A stretch of 64,000 nucleotides of DNA from Eledone cirrhosa. Taxonomy: Eukaryota. Under the pieces are notes generated by a model that made no database searches, had not been told where the DNA came from, and saw nothing but the letters and a program-made list of their open reading frames with translations. The stretch's first letter is position 1. Every line of letters starts with the position of its first letter. Positions 48,729-62,094 of this stretch are shown here, piece after piece. Both the position numbers and the translations under genes were made by a program. The stretch spans positions 269,018,001 through 269,082,000 of the forward strand of contig OZ024742.1 of NCBI GenBank assembly GCA_964016885.1. The letters are read 5' to 3'.

Positions 48729-49693
48729 CTTTGATATAAAATATCAATGAATACATCACCGACGCTATATATTGTCTACACCACTCCACACACACACACA
48801 CAAACACACATAGCCCTGTATGAGTGTATGTATGTGTATGTCTATATACGTATATGTGTATGCATGTATTCTACAAAGGAAGGTAAATCAGGAGAAAATT
48901 ACATTTTCGTCATGCCTCATTATACCTGTAAGTCATAAACAATTCCCCTCCATACGTCTTTTCCAACACAATTAATTCGTTTGCGCTTGGTCTACCATTG
49001 CAGTGTCAAATCACGTAATATATCTCCAAGATATCGCAATAAGCCTGCTAATATCCTTCTGTAGTATTGGGCCATATAGTAGAATATTGTCAACTACTTA
49101 AGAGTTCCTCACTTTATCTGTCCCAGAAATTCTAAATAACTGGATGTAGCCTCACATTTCTAAATCCTCTCTCTTTCTCGTGGACACAGATCATATCTCC
49201 CAACCGTATCTTAATCCCGACCACATATAAGAAATGAGTATCCTAATCACCATAAGAATATTAAGGTTATTCCGACAGTAAAATTCTGCTAACATTATAT
49301 TTATATATATATATAAATATAGTGTTAGCAGCTTTACAAAAAAAAACACATTTAAATGGCGTCATATAATAGAAATGGGAAAGGTTGTGGGTGCGCACAT
49401 ATGTATAAAGAAAGAACATACAAATGTTGATAACAAACGTGTTATTTGTTAGTACTAAGTCTAAATTTAGAGAAAACAGTTTTACTTCAACTTTGTTATT
49501 TCTCTCATTTAAATGCAATTCTTTCTTGAAAACATTACATTCATCAATTATGGCTTATGAGAACAATACCTGCGTAATCAATTTCTGACTTGTTTTAAAA
49601 GTTTCTCTCATTTTCTCTCACACACACATACACACACGCTCGCACACATATATACACGCTCGAACACACACACTCACACACACACACACGCAG

Positions 49694-49724
<31 letters not shown>

Positions 49725-50369
49725 CACACGCATTGTAGGGCTTCCTTTACTTCACATTCATTTGTACTTACATTGTATTTTTCTGCCCGTACGTTGTTTC
49801 TTCCTCTTGTACATTCTCTCTATTTCTCTGCCGTCTCCTCGCGGTTTCTCTAAATTATTCTAACACAACTCTCTATTAAAGACATTCTCGCACGCACTTA
49901 TACGCGCATACATAGACGCACACACACACACACAGAAATACACACACATGCACTGCGACATATAACTGCACACAATCTTTTATTTCGTTTTAAATTGCCT
50001 GACATCACTTCCTCATATTTTTATCTTTATACATTTTGTTTTTTTCTTTTCACTAATCGAAAAAATTCCTTAAACGTATCATTCGTTACACTGACTTTAT
50101 TGTAAGCCATTTTTGTTGATATAGAAATTTTCTCAGCGTCCATTGTTCAGAAAACTCCTTGTCAAGGTTTACATTGTTTTCTGACATACGCTTTACAAAC
50201 GAGCAACTACAAATATCAGCTTCCAGATGAGTTTGCCTTTCACAGAGAAACACCATTGTTTCTTATTGACTATCTCTTTTTCGTATAATGGTTTAAACTC
50301 TAATTGATAATAAATATATGTTCACGAGATATACGGTTCTATATACATATACTTACTATCTCTGTATGT

Positions 50370-50470
50370 GGACACGGAACTACACACACACACAAACACA
50401 GATGTATGTACAGACATAAAAAACACACACACGCACACACACACACACATATATATGCATATATATATAG

Positions 50471-50554
<84 letters not shown>

Positions 50555-50635
50555 GTATATACATATGTATGTATATATATATATATATATATACGTATAT
50601 ATATACATACATACACACACACACACATATATATA

Positions 50636-50705
<70 letters not shown>

Positions 50706-50790
50706 TATAAATATATATATATACAAATGTGTGTGTGTGTGTGTGTGTGCATGTGTGTGCGTTGTGTGTGCGTCGTCGTGTGCCTGTGTG
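50370..50790. repeat. Compound (CA)n/(TA)n/(TG)n microsatellite, representative of many in the window
   Basis: Directly visible. Similar tracts near 5195, 7435, 9630, 38875, 39590, 56485, 61780 and 63800. Confidence 0.97.
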
Positions 50791-52016
50791 CGTGTTTATC
50801 TATTCATTTAGAACAAATAACGTAGGTGTTGTAGTCGTCGCAGTCGTTGAAGTTAAATGTTGCATATAGCATTGTGAATGATTCATGTAATATAATGATG
50901 AGGTATGGAAATATGAATGTAGGATTCCAAACGGATTATACATAACTCTCACATGAGTCGCTCGTTGCTGAGTGTAAACCAGTGTCGGAATTTTACTTTT
51001 TGAGTAAAATAAATTCATCAATGTCAGTTCGTTTCGTTGAGCAATTGTATTCAAAATATTTTTGTCGTATACATGCCAGAAGGTATTGCAGAATTTTAAC
51101 AGTAGACCAAGTGCATTTGATTTTGCTCTAGATCTATATCTCATACCCTTTTTTGTCCGATTCGATTATGCAACATTTACTCCAGTTTATTGCTCTCCAC
51201 TATTGTTTGCAGTGACTGCTTCATGCATCGAATCACACACCGATAAATCGCTGCATAGAGATGCCGTTTAATGATACACTTATAATGGAATTATTTACGC
51301 CCTCTTCGTTGGGTCTCACGTTTTATTTCCTGTTGAGCGTAGACTTCCAGTGTTCTCCGTATAAACAACGTGTCCAAATATGTGCTGATGCGGTTCCAGA
51401 GCCCTGAATATAATACGCGTCATATTTGCACACACACAGGTCATTTATGTGATTTCGTTATAAACTATTCAATATAGATCATAGACGAGTCATCTGAGAG
51501 TTAATTACGTTGTGAAGTTTTCACGATAGTAGAAGGGTGCCAGAGCAGAATACAAATAACCGATTGGCTGTGCCCGAGGGTGTACTTTATATTTTCCTGA
51601 ACATGTTTATGCTACAGTCTGTTCACATGAAATTATCGTCTAATCACGTGACATTGGTCAACTAATGACTATAGTAGAATGTACTTGCTCAAGGTCCCAC
51701 TCAGTCAAACTTAACTCTTACCCAAGGGTGCAACACGAACAACTTAGTCGCAGAGGATGTCTGGCCTTTACAGAAAGATAGGATGTAGAAACTAAAATAT
51801 ATGGAGAATTAAAGGTGACAACCGAACAAAATAATCATTGAATCCGGAATGGTTAAGCTACCTGAATAATAATCACGAAGGGATTATCAATGCTGTATTT
51901 GTTTTATTGGTGACATGAAACACATAAGGCATTAACGATATCTACGTTTTCACATCAAGGATCTTAATAAACCCATAAGGAATCTATCTTCCTCTCCATC
52001 TCCCCCACTATATACA

Positions 52017-52063
<47 letters not shown>

Positions 52064-52099
52064 CACTCTCTCTCTATATATATATATATAATTGAAAAA

Positions 52100-55000
52100 T
52101 GGATAATAACATGGTCAACAGTACAAACAAGGAGGTTTATTTACAGTCTAACAATTGTTTCACTGATAGAGTTGTCTAAACATTGCTAAACACTGAAAAA
52201 GTTCCACTCAATTTAAAATGCAAGTTGACCCCATCATATCTTCAGAAAATGGGGAAAAATATAAATATATGCGTAACCGGCAAATTTACAAATTCAAATT
52301 ACGACATCAATGATGATATTAATAATAAAGATATATAGAGAGAGAGAAAGAAGGGCGATATATATAGTAAAGAGGGAAAGGAGGGGAAGAAGAAAGACGA
52401 AGAAGGAAAATATACAGAGAAAGAAAAGGAAAGGAAGACGGAGGAATTATTACAGCTAAAAATAAGATCTATAGAAAAACACAAGTGAAGATAGCGTAGG
52501 AAAGAGAGAACGAAGTAGGGTGCAAGCGGATGAATATGATAGAAACACACAAGCAGAACCAGGATAGAGAGAAGAAGGTAGGGGGAAATAGATGAATAAA
52601 CGTTAATACATAACTAAATGTAAGAAAAAATGAAGATAGATATATAGAAATATATGAGGTGATAAATGAAAAAATATATAAAATATATACAAGAAATATA
52701 TATAAAAAAATGATAGATAAGTAAATAAGTAAATAGATAAATAAATAAGTAAATAAATAAATAAATACATAAATAAATAAATAGATAAATAAATAGATAA
52801 ATAAATGAATAAATGACATCTAATGTAATATCAAATGGTATAATATGTGGAAAGTGAGGATGAAAATAAATAAATAAATATGTAAAAGAAGTAAAAAAGT
52901 ACGAAGGATATTTAAACATGTTAAGATTATTGATAATAGTTTGTGATAATTGTTAAATACATGGATTGATATTGAGTTGAAAATATAATAATGTTAAATA
53001 CAGTTATGTGTGTATTGGTTATTTTAATAGGTAAATGAACTAGTTTTAAGATGTATTCTATGATAAGATAAAATGACCGAGGTGAAATAAGTTTAGGGAG
53101 AGGAATGAAACGATATAAGAGATTTTGATGCTGTTCTTTGGTAATTATAATGGTGAAGATGCTGCTGATAGTGTGATATCGTAGCAGATATAAGTGGTAC
53201 AATCAGGGATGTGGAATAGATAAGAAGGAATTAAATTGGTCTAAATTTCTCGAATTGTGTTGCTGATTTGTGTCGACAAAAAATATTTCGTTCAATGTTA
53301 CTATTAAGATTTTTTTGAAATTGAGAATTTTGGAAAAGTTCCATATTACAGAGACTGCAATGGGACATACCAACTTCTTAGGCCCTCGCTTTAGATAGTT
53401 TTGCCCAGCTGATTTCATGTTCTATGTTTGCATTCTTGAGTAGCGAGATTTTATTGGCGAGAGTTGTTGTATTCGAGAGATCCTTGTTAATCATAGAATG
53501 TCTGTGTACGTACCTCCTTTCCTTAAATTCACCAGCTGTGGAACCAATGTAAAACCATGCCGAACTACCTGAATTTATAGTACATAGGTATACTATGTTT
53601 GTCTCTAGGCATCTGTTATGTAAAGGGCAATTGTCAGGTAGATGGCAGTTACATTTAGATGCTTTTCTATGCGCTGGTTCTTCTAAATGGTTTTGCAGAT
53701 TGCTATGTATGGGCCCTTAACTGGGTTTGTTGGTGTGTTGTGGTGAAGTGCTCTGACGTGTGTTTGGTTGTGATGATGTTATATGCTTGTGTATAGTATT
53801 AGGTGTTATGGTACTTAATTGCGGGCTACTTGAATTATACATTCTTTTATAGTTAATTATATGAATGTACCATTCTATGTTGTTGGCAGTGGAGTATGAT
53901 AGTTTGATAGTTTTTCTATTAAAGATTTTATGATATTTACGAATTTTAAGGAAGTATTTGTCAACTAATTTGAAGACACTGAAAGGTAGCTTAGTTGTTA
54001 TAGAGGAGTTAAACATTGGATTAAACCATAAGTAGTTTCTATTTCTGCATCTTCTATTGTTATTAGTGGTTTTTATATTAGCATTCTGTTCATTTAAATT
54101 ACGTGTTTTGCTGCCAATTTCTATGTTTAGCCCTAGGTTTGTTGTTCCCGTAGGTGTGGATAGTGTTAATATTAAGTGTGTTGCTATTTTTTGTATCTGG
54201 TATGTATTTGAGTCACTCTTTATGGCCTGCCTTAAGTAAAGCTATGTTGTAGAAATTAGCGTGTTCATTAAACAATTCTATGTTAGAAGATAGGCGCGAT
54301 ATTCTAAGTGATATACTATGTGCTATGGAGTTAATTATGGATCTAGGGTGTTTAGAGTGATAATCAATGTAAGCTAAATGTTAATTATTCTTATGGAAGG
54401 GTTCTATTAGTCCTGAGTTAAGGTTGAACGATACATCCAAGAAGTTGATTCTTTTAGAGTTGGGTTCAAAAGTAATGCTAAGGCTTAAATTATTAAAACA
54501 TTTTCTAATCTTTTTCGTTAATCTTTCTAAGTTTTGGTTATTTAATTTTCTAGCCAAAAGTAGTGTATCGTCTCGATAGATTCCACCTTGTAGGTTATCA
54601 AACTCTCTATGTAAGAAATGTGCTATATAAATTCCAACCAAGTCTGTGATTTAGGCTGAATCATTTGATCCCATAGTTATATCGAAATTATTCTGTTTAT
54701 TTTTACGCTCCAAGTAGCTATTGTCCAATTTAATGATTGTTCTTCTAGCAGCTAGTATTATTTTAATTTCATCTGGTGAAAGATCAGAGTTCCTTTGTGC
54801 AAAGGATAGTGCCTTTTTTAGGGTGACTGGGGAAATAGAAGAGTAGTAGTCATTTATGTCAAATTGTATAAAGTCGGAAGATTCTCTATTGTCTAATGTA
54901 TTAAACCAATCTATTGCTTCATTTGTGTTAACCCAGAGCTTGATTATTAGTCGTTTTTATTTTGTGGTATTATTCTACCTAGTATAAACTTACTGATTCT

Positions 55001-56025
55001 GCCTATATCTGATTTTGATGGACATATTAATCTAATAGTAGGGTTAGTTTCTAAGTTACATTTATGATCCTTCAGAATAAAAGTGGGTTCACAAGAGGTT
55101 AGACGTTCGGTTTTATCGGATATTTTAATTTGTTTTACTATAACACCTTCCTTGTTAAAGCTATTGAGTGCAGACTCTCTAATTTTCTTGTATTTTTTAT
55201 GTAATTCCCGGGGTATAAAATTGTTGCATGTATTAAGGCTCATGGTGTATACATTGGATGTTTTGTCTGCCTTTACTATGATACCGTTGGTGTTACGTAA
55301 TTTGTTATTAGTACATTGATGTTATTTTGCAGTCTGTTATGATGTGTTCGTTTTTTGAATTTGATTTCTTTTATCATGTTCATGAGGTCAAGCTCAAAGG
55401 CATCAAGTTGTGGGTAGCTTGGAGGATTTTTGCTGGATCTAAACCCATATTTTTCACTGGTAGATCCGTTATTTCTATCACTATTATTATGTACTTTATT
55501 ATGTACTTTATATTAATGATATATTTTCCATCTGATTCTACGGATAAAGTCATTAGTTATTTGTTTCATACCGAGCATATATTCCTTATTTGTAGGTATA
55601 GGTATGTTTTTTAAGGACATTCCTATATAGTGTTTTCCATGTTAGTGCAGTGCGTTCAACCTAATGGGAGCTTGGTAAAGAGGATAACAAGATATAGTTA
55701 TAGGTAATCCAAATAGAGGTTGTGAATACTTCTTATCATGGATAGTTTTCGCGTACGGCGTTGTATGACTGAACAAGAGGTTTACGTAGATGACGAGTTT
55801 GTGATTTCACTTGCATTCCTATGTAAGTTTATCTTGCAGTAATAAAATTGAAGAAATAGAGAATAAGATGTAAGCGCAAGTCAAGATGGCGTTGGAAAGA
55901 TAGAAGAAAGTAGGGGTGCAAGCGGATGAATGTGACAGAAAAACACAAGTAGAACCAGGATAGAGAGAAGAAGGTAGGGGGAAATAGATGAATAAACGTT
56001 AATACATAACTAAATGTAAGAACAA
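52100..56025 (-). mobile_element. Near full-length degraded PLE (RT + C-terminal GIY-YIG, YRDD-type RT)
   Basis: From ATG 55640: LKNIPIP, IRLICPSKSDIGRISK, FIQFDINDYYSSI, NFDITMGSNDSA*, GGIYRDDTL, INFLDVSFNL and CNCHLPDNCPLHNRCLETNIVY...FYIGST. ~165-bp direct repeat at 52460-52627 / 55862-56022. (TA)n flanks. Confidence 0.92.
52146..52250 (-). ncRNA. Hammerhead motif with extended helix II at the PLE 3' end
   Basis: CTGAAGA-TATGATGGGG...CTCTATCAGT-GAAA-CAATTG-TT-AGA then AATAAA. Palindrome ACAATTGT. Confidence 0.72.
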
Positions 56026-56139
56026 ATATTTATATATATATATAACCAAAGATTAATATGGTTCGTTGATTACTCACCAAATACAATTTTACAATAGATT
56101 AGAAGCACTCAACAGTTTATTTTTCCTACAGTGTTTAAT

Positions 56140-56475
56140 AATATCCAAAATGTTAATAAATTAAAAATATTTTCATAATCAAAATATATATTTTATTATA
56201 CATATTTCAAAGGTACAATGATGTTTAAGTACGTTTTCATCAGATAAAATATAAGATTTGATAAGTGACATACCGCTACGGTTTTGATTATTCAACTCCA
56301 GTATTGGCAGTACTGGAATAGAATAATCAAAACCGTAGCGGTATGTCACATATCAAATCTTATATTTTATCTGATGAAAACGTACTTAAATATCATTGTA
56401 CCTTTGAAATAAGTATAATAAATTATATATTTTGATTATGAGAATATTTTTCATTTAGTATCATTTTGAATAATA
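56140..56475. repeat. ~335-bp palindrome with two back-to-back hammerheads (56191-56249 minus, 56366-56422 plus)
   Basis: Arms meet at 56307 with essentially no spacer. Each arm reads TTTAT-CTGATGA-AAACGTAC...GTACCTTT-GAAA-TA(T/A)GTA-TA-ATAAA. Confidence 0.9.
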
Positions 56476-56476
56476 C

Positions 56477-56614
<138 letters not shown>

Positions 56615-57432
56615 CATAATCGGAGAAAGCTAATAGCGATACTCCGGCCAAATTCCAATTCACTCAAGAAACATTAGGAAATACCTGAGTATATTCCTAA
56701 TTAAACGTTCGATGTGCTAACTAATTGTATAGTGTGGAAAATTGGATGTATCGTTTCATATGAGATATATCAAATATATCACTTCCCAGACGACTGATTT
56801 CATTATAAGATTTCTACAAGTTGGGTGATATTATACCAAATTATGTAGAAGCTTGTATAAGATCAACAGATACTTATACAAGTGGGTTCTTATAATTCTT
56901 CAGTGGGTGCCCAATAATATTAATATTGATAACCAAATCAACATCAATATTTAGCGATATTCATCATCAGTGCTTGAGGGAGCTGCTAGGTTGTTAGTCC
57001 AACAGTTCTAAAGAAAATCTCACACTGTCTCGAAAATAGGAGGAAGGAGGATATATATATGTATTCGGTATGTTTATGAATATATATTATGAATAAATAT
57101 CATGAAAGCCTTCCGCTATGATTTTGGAAAGTGATGATGTAGCACAATCTACCAGATTCCAGCAGCAGCAAAGTTTCTGACACAGTTCTCTGCTGTAATG
57201 TTTTATAGGCGAAAATTTATAAATTTGACACCAATGCACATTAGCCTCAATAGCGTATAGAGATTGGCATCTGATGGAATGGCACTACATCATCAGATTC
57301 CAAATACATAGCTGAAGGTTTTCAAAATGTTTATTCATAAATAATAAACCCCTATCAATTGATATACAAAATACACATACTTATTTCTATATTGCTATGT
57401 TAGCGCGAACACCTTAATTATGTATATATATA

Positions 57433-58215
57433 TACATTGCTCGGTTTGCTGTTTTTTTTCGCTGTTTTTCTCACTGTTTTCTCTTTTATTCCCTTTTTCC
57501 TTATGTTGTCTTTCACTCCCTCCTCTGTTTTCCCAATAATTTACCAAGTTATTGACGCTCTGGGCGGTAGATATCTTGTCTTTAAAGCATAGTAATATCC
57601 GAGAGCTTCAGTATACAGCTGATGAGGGACCTCCCCCCACCGCCCTGTTCTTGCTTTCTTCTTATTCTCAGTCCATTTTAAGCTACCTTAAATAGCAACT
57701 ACACAGCCAATCCTATTCTCCATATATTTTATCATGTTTTGGCTGTGACCAGTCTTCTCTCTCCTTCGACCTAACTACTTCGTTACTATCTAATCTCACT
57801 CCTCTTTCTTCCTCTCCTTCTCTCCCTCTTACATTCACTCATCCTCTCTACCAGTATTCTCTCTCCTTCTGCCTACCTATTTCGTTACTATCTATTCTTA
57901 CCCCACTTTCTTCCTCTCTTTTCTCACTTACAACTCATTGTATACAGACGTGTGTCTTTTCGTTCGCCCGCACGCTCTTGTTCTTAAGTTCTCTCATCGC
58001 TGTGGTCTTGGATTTTCTTACCTTTAGTTGCTCGCACATTGTTCGGTTTGTTGTTTTTTTAGATGTCTTCTCTTGTCTTCCCTTTTCCCTTCAGTTTTTC
58101 TTCCCTCCCTCCTCCGTTTTCCAAACAACTTACCCAATTATTGACGCTCTGGGCGATAGATATCATGTGTTTAAAGCGTAGAAATATCCGAGACACAGTA
58201 GACAACTGATGAGGA
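57433..58215 (+). repeat. Two direct copies of a pLTR-like unit ending in CTGATGAGG
   Basis: ~57433-57627 and ~58036-58214 align. Related to 42625-42680. Confidence 0.7.
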
Positions 58216-58216
58216 A

Positions 58217-58450
58217 AACTCGGTCGGAGGGAGGAGTAGACGAGGTGTTGCATGGTGGAGGAAAATTGTTGGTAGAGGTGTGTGGGGGGGGGGGGGGGGC
58301 TCGGAAGGTAGGGGGCGTCCGAAGAGGGGGTTGCAGGGCTGCCTGAGGGCTTCGGCTGTCTAGAGGTCGGCGTGCCACACTACCACAGCGCTTCCCTTGT
58401 CCGCCGGTTTGATGATGATGTGGTCGCGGTTACGTAGGGAGCGCCTAGCG
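58217..58450 (-). mobile_element. Neptune-like PLE RT fragment, inverted copy of 62092-62300
   Basis: [14 protein letters not shown] region. Same start next to (TA)n as the plus-strand copy. Confidence 0.85.
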
Positions 58451-58564
58451 ATATATATATATATATATATACATACACAGAGATATCCATACATGCATAT
58501 ACGCACAAGCATACATACAAATATATATATATGTATATATATATGTATATATATATATATATGT

Positions 58565-61500
58565 AAATATCTTTAGGTCGTTTGGAAGCCTCGACAATGC
58601 AAATGGGTAAATCTCGGGGTAACAAGCTCCGGTGGTGGAGAGAGAGATGTAAGTGGGTGTACGTTGAGATGCGTGGTGTGTATAACATGTGTGAGATGTG
58701 TAGAATGAAGGGAAGAGTATAAAGGATAAAAATTAAAATAACAACACAAGAGAGAGTTACCTTGGGAGAGATTTAATAGTCCTTATATATTTCGGATTCA
58801 CATCCATCAACTGGGGTTTTTTTCCGGGGTGGGGGAAAAGGTTGTCTGTCGGACAACTCGGAACGCGTCTTTCGCTGTTTGTTGATTTGAATATCTGAGG
58901 TATTCGGCCGAGCGCGCGTGCGCGTGAAATGGGGTTGGTCGTACAGAGGTCAGCGGCCGAATGAGGGAGTGGGATGGCGCTCGCTGTCAGTCCATTCTCT
59001 GCCTGTTTGTTAAATGTTACTGTGTGTGTGTGTGCGTGTGTTGTTGTCTCGCTTGAGTGTGTGTGTGTGTGTGTTGTTGCCTTGTTCATCTGTATTGGCA
59101 GTGTAGTATGTTCGTATGGTGGAATGCTACTGTGTGTGTGTGTGTGTGTGTAGTTGTCTCGTTTGCGTGTGTGTGTGTGCGTGTGTTGTGTGTTGTTGCA
59201 TCGCTTGTTAACTTAAACCAGCCATTTCATTTCGCTTCTCTCTGATCGGTTGTTTATTTGCGGTTGCAGTCGTTTGATAAAAAGCGCTTCCTTGATACGT
59301 AACGTGCCGACGTTTCTTTCAGTCGCTAGAATTGTGACAATGGGCCTTCCGTCTTTGTTTCCGCATTTGTCTATGTGTTTCCGGAAAGACGAGGCCCTGG
59401 TTTTAGTGTGTTCCTTGATCTGGATGTGCAAAGGTCGAATTGTGCTACCTATGTAGTATGGGTTGCACCTGTCACATTCTATCTTATACACGACGTATGT
59501 GCGTAGGCAACAGTTAGCATGGCGTATCGGGCAGTCTCTGAGGGAGCATGCGTCAGTAGATTTTTCGGGTTTCCTGGAGAGGCATCTTCGCAGGGAGGGG
59601 CCCGAGTGGGCCAGGTGGATGTCGAGGCCCCCTCTCCGTATAGCCTTGCGGATAGGGTTGGTGGTTTTCTCGCCCAGGTGTGGCATTTTAAGGAAGCACT
59701 TGCCTTGGGTGCTTCTCTGTCTCTTGCGTCTGGTGTCTCCTATTCTGTCTGTGATCGAGGTAGGGTACCCGTTCGTCTCCAGCACCTCTAGGAATCGCTT
59801 GGTATGAGTGACACCACTCGCGGGATCGCTGCATCTGTTTTTGATTCGCGCGATCTCGTTCGTGATGTATCCTCTTTTGCCACTGTTAGGGAGGGCGGAC
59901 TTGTAGTGAACGAACAGGTCCCTGCAGGCTGCCTTTCTGTACAAGTTGCAGTGGATCCCTCCTTGTTCCGTGATGTTGATTCGGAAGTCGAGGAGGGCAA
60001 GTGACCCGTCTTCGTTGGGGTGTTCAACACTGAAGTCAATGTTCTCGTCCGTGTTGTTGAACGTCTCATAGATTCTGTTCGCCGTGTCTTGGGAAGATGT
60101 GAGGATGAGTATATCGTCCACGTATCTTGAGAAAAAGGCTACGGCGTTGGGGTGGCAGGCGTTGAGTGCCTTGCGTTCGAGGTTGTCCATGTAGGAGATC
60201 GCTAGCACACCTGAATAGACTTGATCCCATGGGCAATCCCGAGGTTTGTTGGTATATTTGGTCAAGGAATCCAAAGTAGGTGTTGTCGACGACGATGGAT
60301 AGGAGTTGGTGGATGTCAGTGGTGGTGAGCCCGAAGCAGAGTAGGTCGGTGGATTGGACGCGTTCCATTAGTATATTGACGGCCGGGAGTGCCGGGACCA
60401 AGGTGTAGAGAGCGACTACATCAAGGCTGAAGGCATATCTGTTATTCCTTCTGGTGTCGGGATCCATTTGATGCAGGCGCTTCAACACCTCCTCGGAGCT
60501 GTTAACGTGTCCCGGCAAGGTGTCTAAGATGGGTTTGAGTATTCTGGCTAGGAGCCATGAAATTTTGTAGAGTGGTCCCTCCACGCTCGATGCGATGGGC
60601 CTGATTTTCAGGTCGGGTCCCTGTTTGTGTGTTTTCACGAGGTGGTAGAAGGCGGGTAGTCTGCTGTTCCTCGTGAGGAGGTTGTATCTCAGCTTCTTCG
60701 CGAGCTTCCGCCGGTCGCAGATGTTGGTCCAGGCGGAGTTGATGTGTTCTTCTATCTGCGCGGGAGTGATTCCCGTGACCTTGGAGTAGAGGTTGTCATC
60801 GTCAAGGTGTTGGAGGGCCAGGGTGTTGTAGGCCTCTCTGCTGATGACGCAGAATTCTTTTCCCTTGTCGGAGGGGAGATAGATGAGGTTCTTAGATTTT
60901 AGGTTGGAGAGAGTGGTGAGTTGAGATTTGGTGTGGTTATGTGTTGTGCGTGTGTGTGTGTGTTTGTGAAGTATATCCGAGATGGAGTGTTTTAGCCTGA
61001 TGAGTTTAGTGTCGAGTTCGTGGTTGGTGGATGGGGGGTGGAATGGGTTGTCGAGGTGGTAAGTGGGGAACTTGGGGTGGGTTGTGTCCGCGCTGTTATT
61101 ATCTGTGGCGCTGTTGATAGCGGTCACCCATTTAAGTTGGTAAGCGGCTCGACAAAAGTTGGCCTCCATGTTGAGTTTGAGTCTGTCGTCGAGACGTTGT
61201 GTGACGATGAACTTAGGTCCGAGGTGTAGGAGTTTCAGCTCGTCGCTCGTGAGAGTGCCGGTTAGGTCGGTGACCAGGTGCGTCGCATCGTTGAGGTATG
61301 GCTCGATGTTGGTGGTTGCGGCGGTGGCGGTTGTTAAGTTGTTGTTTCCCACGTGGTTCTGGTCCGTCTGTTCGTTAGTGTCGATGTGGCGTTTCGAATA
61401 GATCCACTTATATTTTCGCTTGAGCCGTTTTTTCTCGTATTGGACTCTTGAGTGGTAGCACTGGTCGATTGCTTTAGTGATTTTTAGGAGCAAGTCTCTG

Positions 61501-61776
61501 GGTGCTATTGGCAGTCGATGTGTCCGCTCTGAGAGTGTCCGCTTATGGATGTGTAATTGGCGGTTGAGATGTCTCAGGATCTGTTTAATACACGTGCGAT
61601 GTATGCGGTTAGTGGTGTTTTGGAAGGCTGGTGTACGTAGGCTTACTGGTAAGCGGATGTTCTTGATGGTGTTGGGGATGACATCGTTTTTTAGGCAGCG
61701 TTTCAGGAAAATAATTTGGCAGCCAGCGTTGGCCCATTTCTCCGACAGTCCAAACAGTTCCCTTACGGATGCAAAC
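58565..61776 (-). mobile_element. PLE (Poseidon/Nematis-like), near-complete ORF with one frameshift
   Basis: [48 protein letters not shown] (frameshift ~60230), RYVDDIL and VVYKIEC..C...YIGSTIRPL..EH...EAL.IK...INNR. Degenerate HHR at 58781-58816 (minus). Confidence 0.93.
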
Positions 61777-61809
<33 letters not shown>

Positions 61810-61846
61810 GATATATCCATACATGCATAGACGCACAAGCAAATAT

Positions 61847-61924
<78 letters not shown>

Positions 61925-61926
61925 GT

Positions 61927-61992
<66 letters not shown>

Positions 61993-62027
61993 ATATATAC
62001 ACACGTAAATATACACACAAACACATG

Positions 62028-62091
<64 letters not shown>

Positions 62092-62094
<3 letters not shown>

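Noticed and set aside
48930-49300. Probable very old RTE-like fragments (also ~56660-57320)
   Set aside because: Only scattered partial motifs, so boundaries and identity cannot be supported by eye.
50820-51990. Non-microsatellite stretch with 114-aa and 69-aa ORFs
   Set aside because: No recognisable domain, splice pattern or repeat partner in the window.
52100-56025. Possible stop-codon recoding (selenocysteine) in PLE ORFs
   Set aside because: Interruptions are mixed TAA/TAG and frameshifts rather than TGA at Cys positions, consistent with ordinary decay.
61777-62060. N-terminal ~95 aa of the 664-aa ORF 60066-62060
   Set aside because: Read-through of (TA)/(TG) repeats. Real PLE coding sequence starts near 61775.
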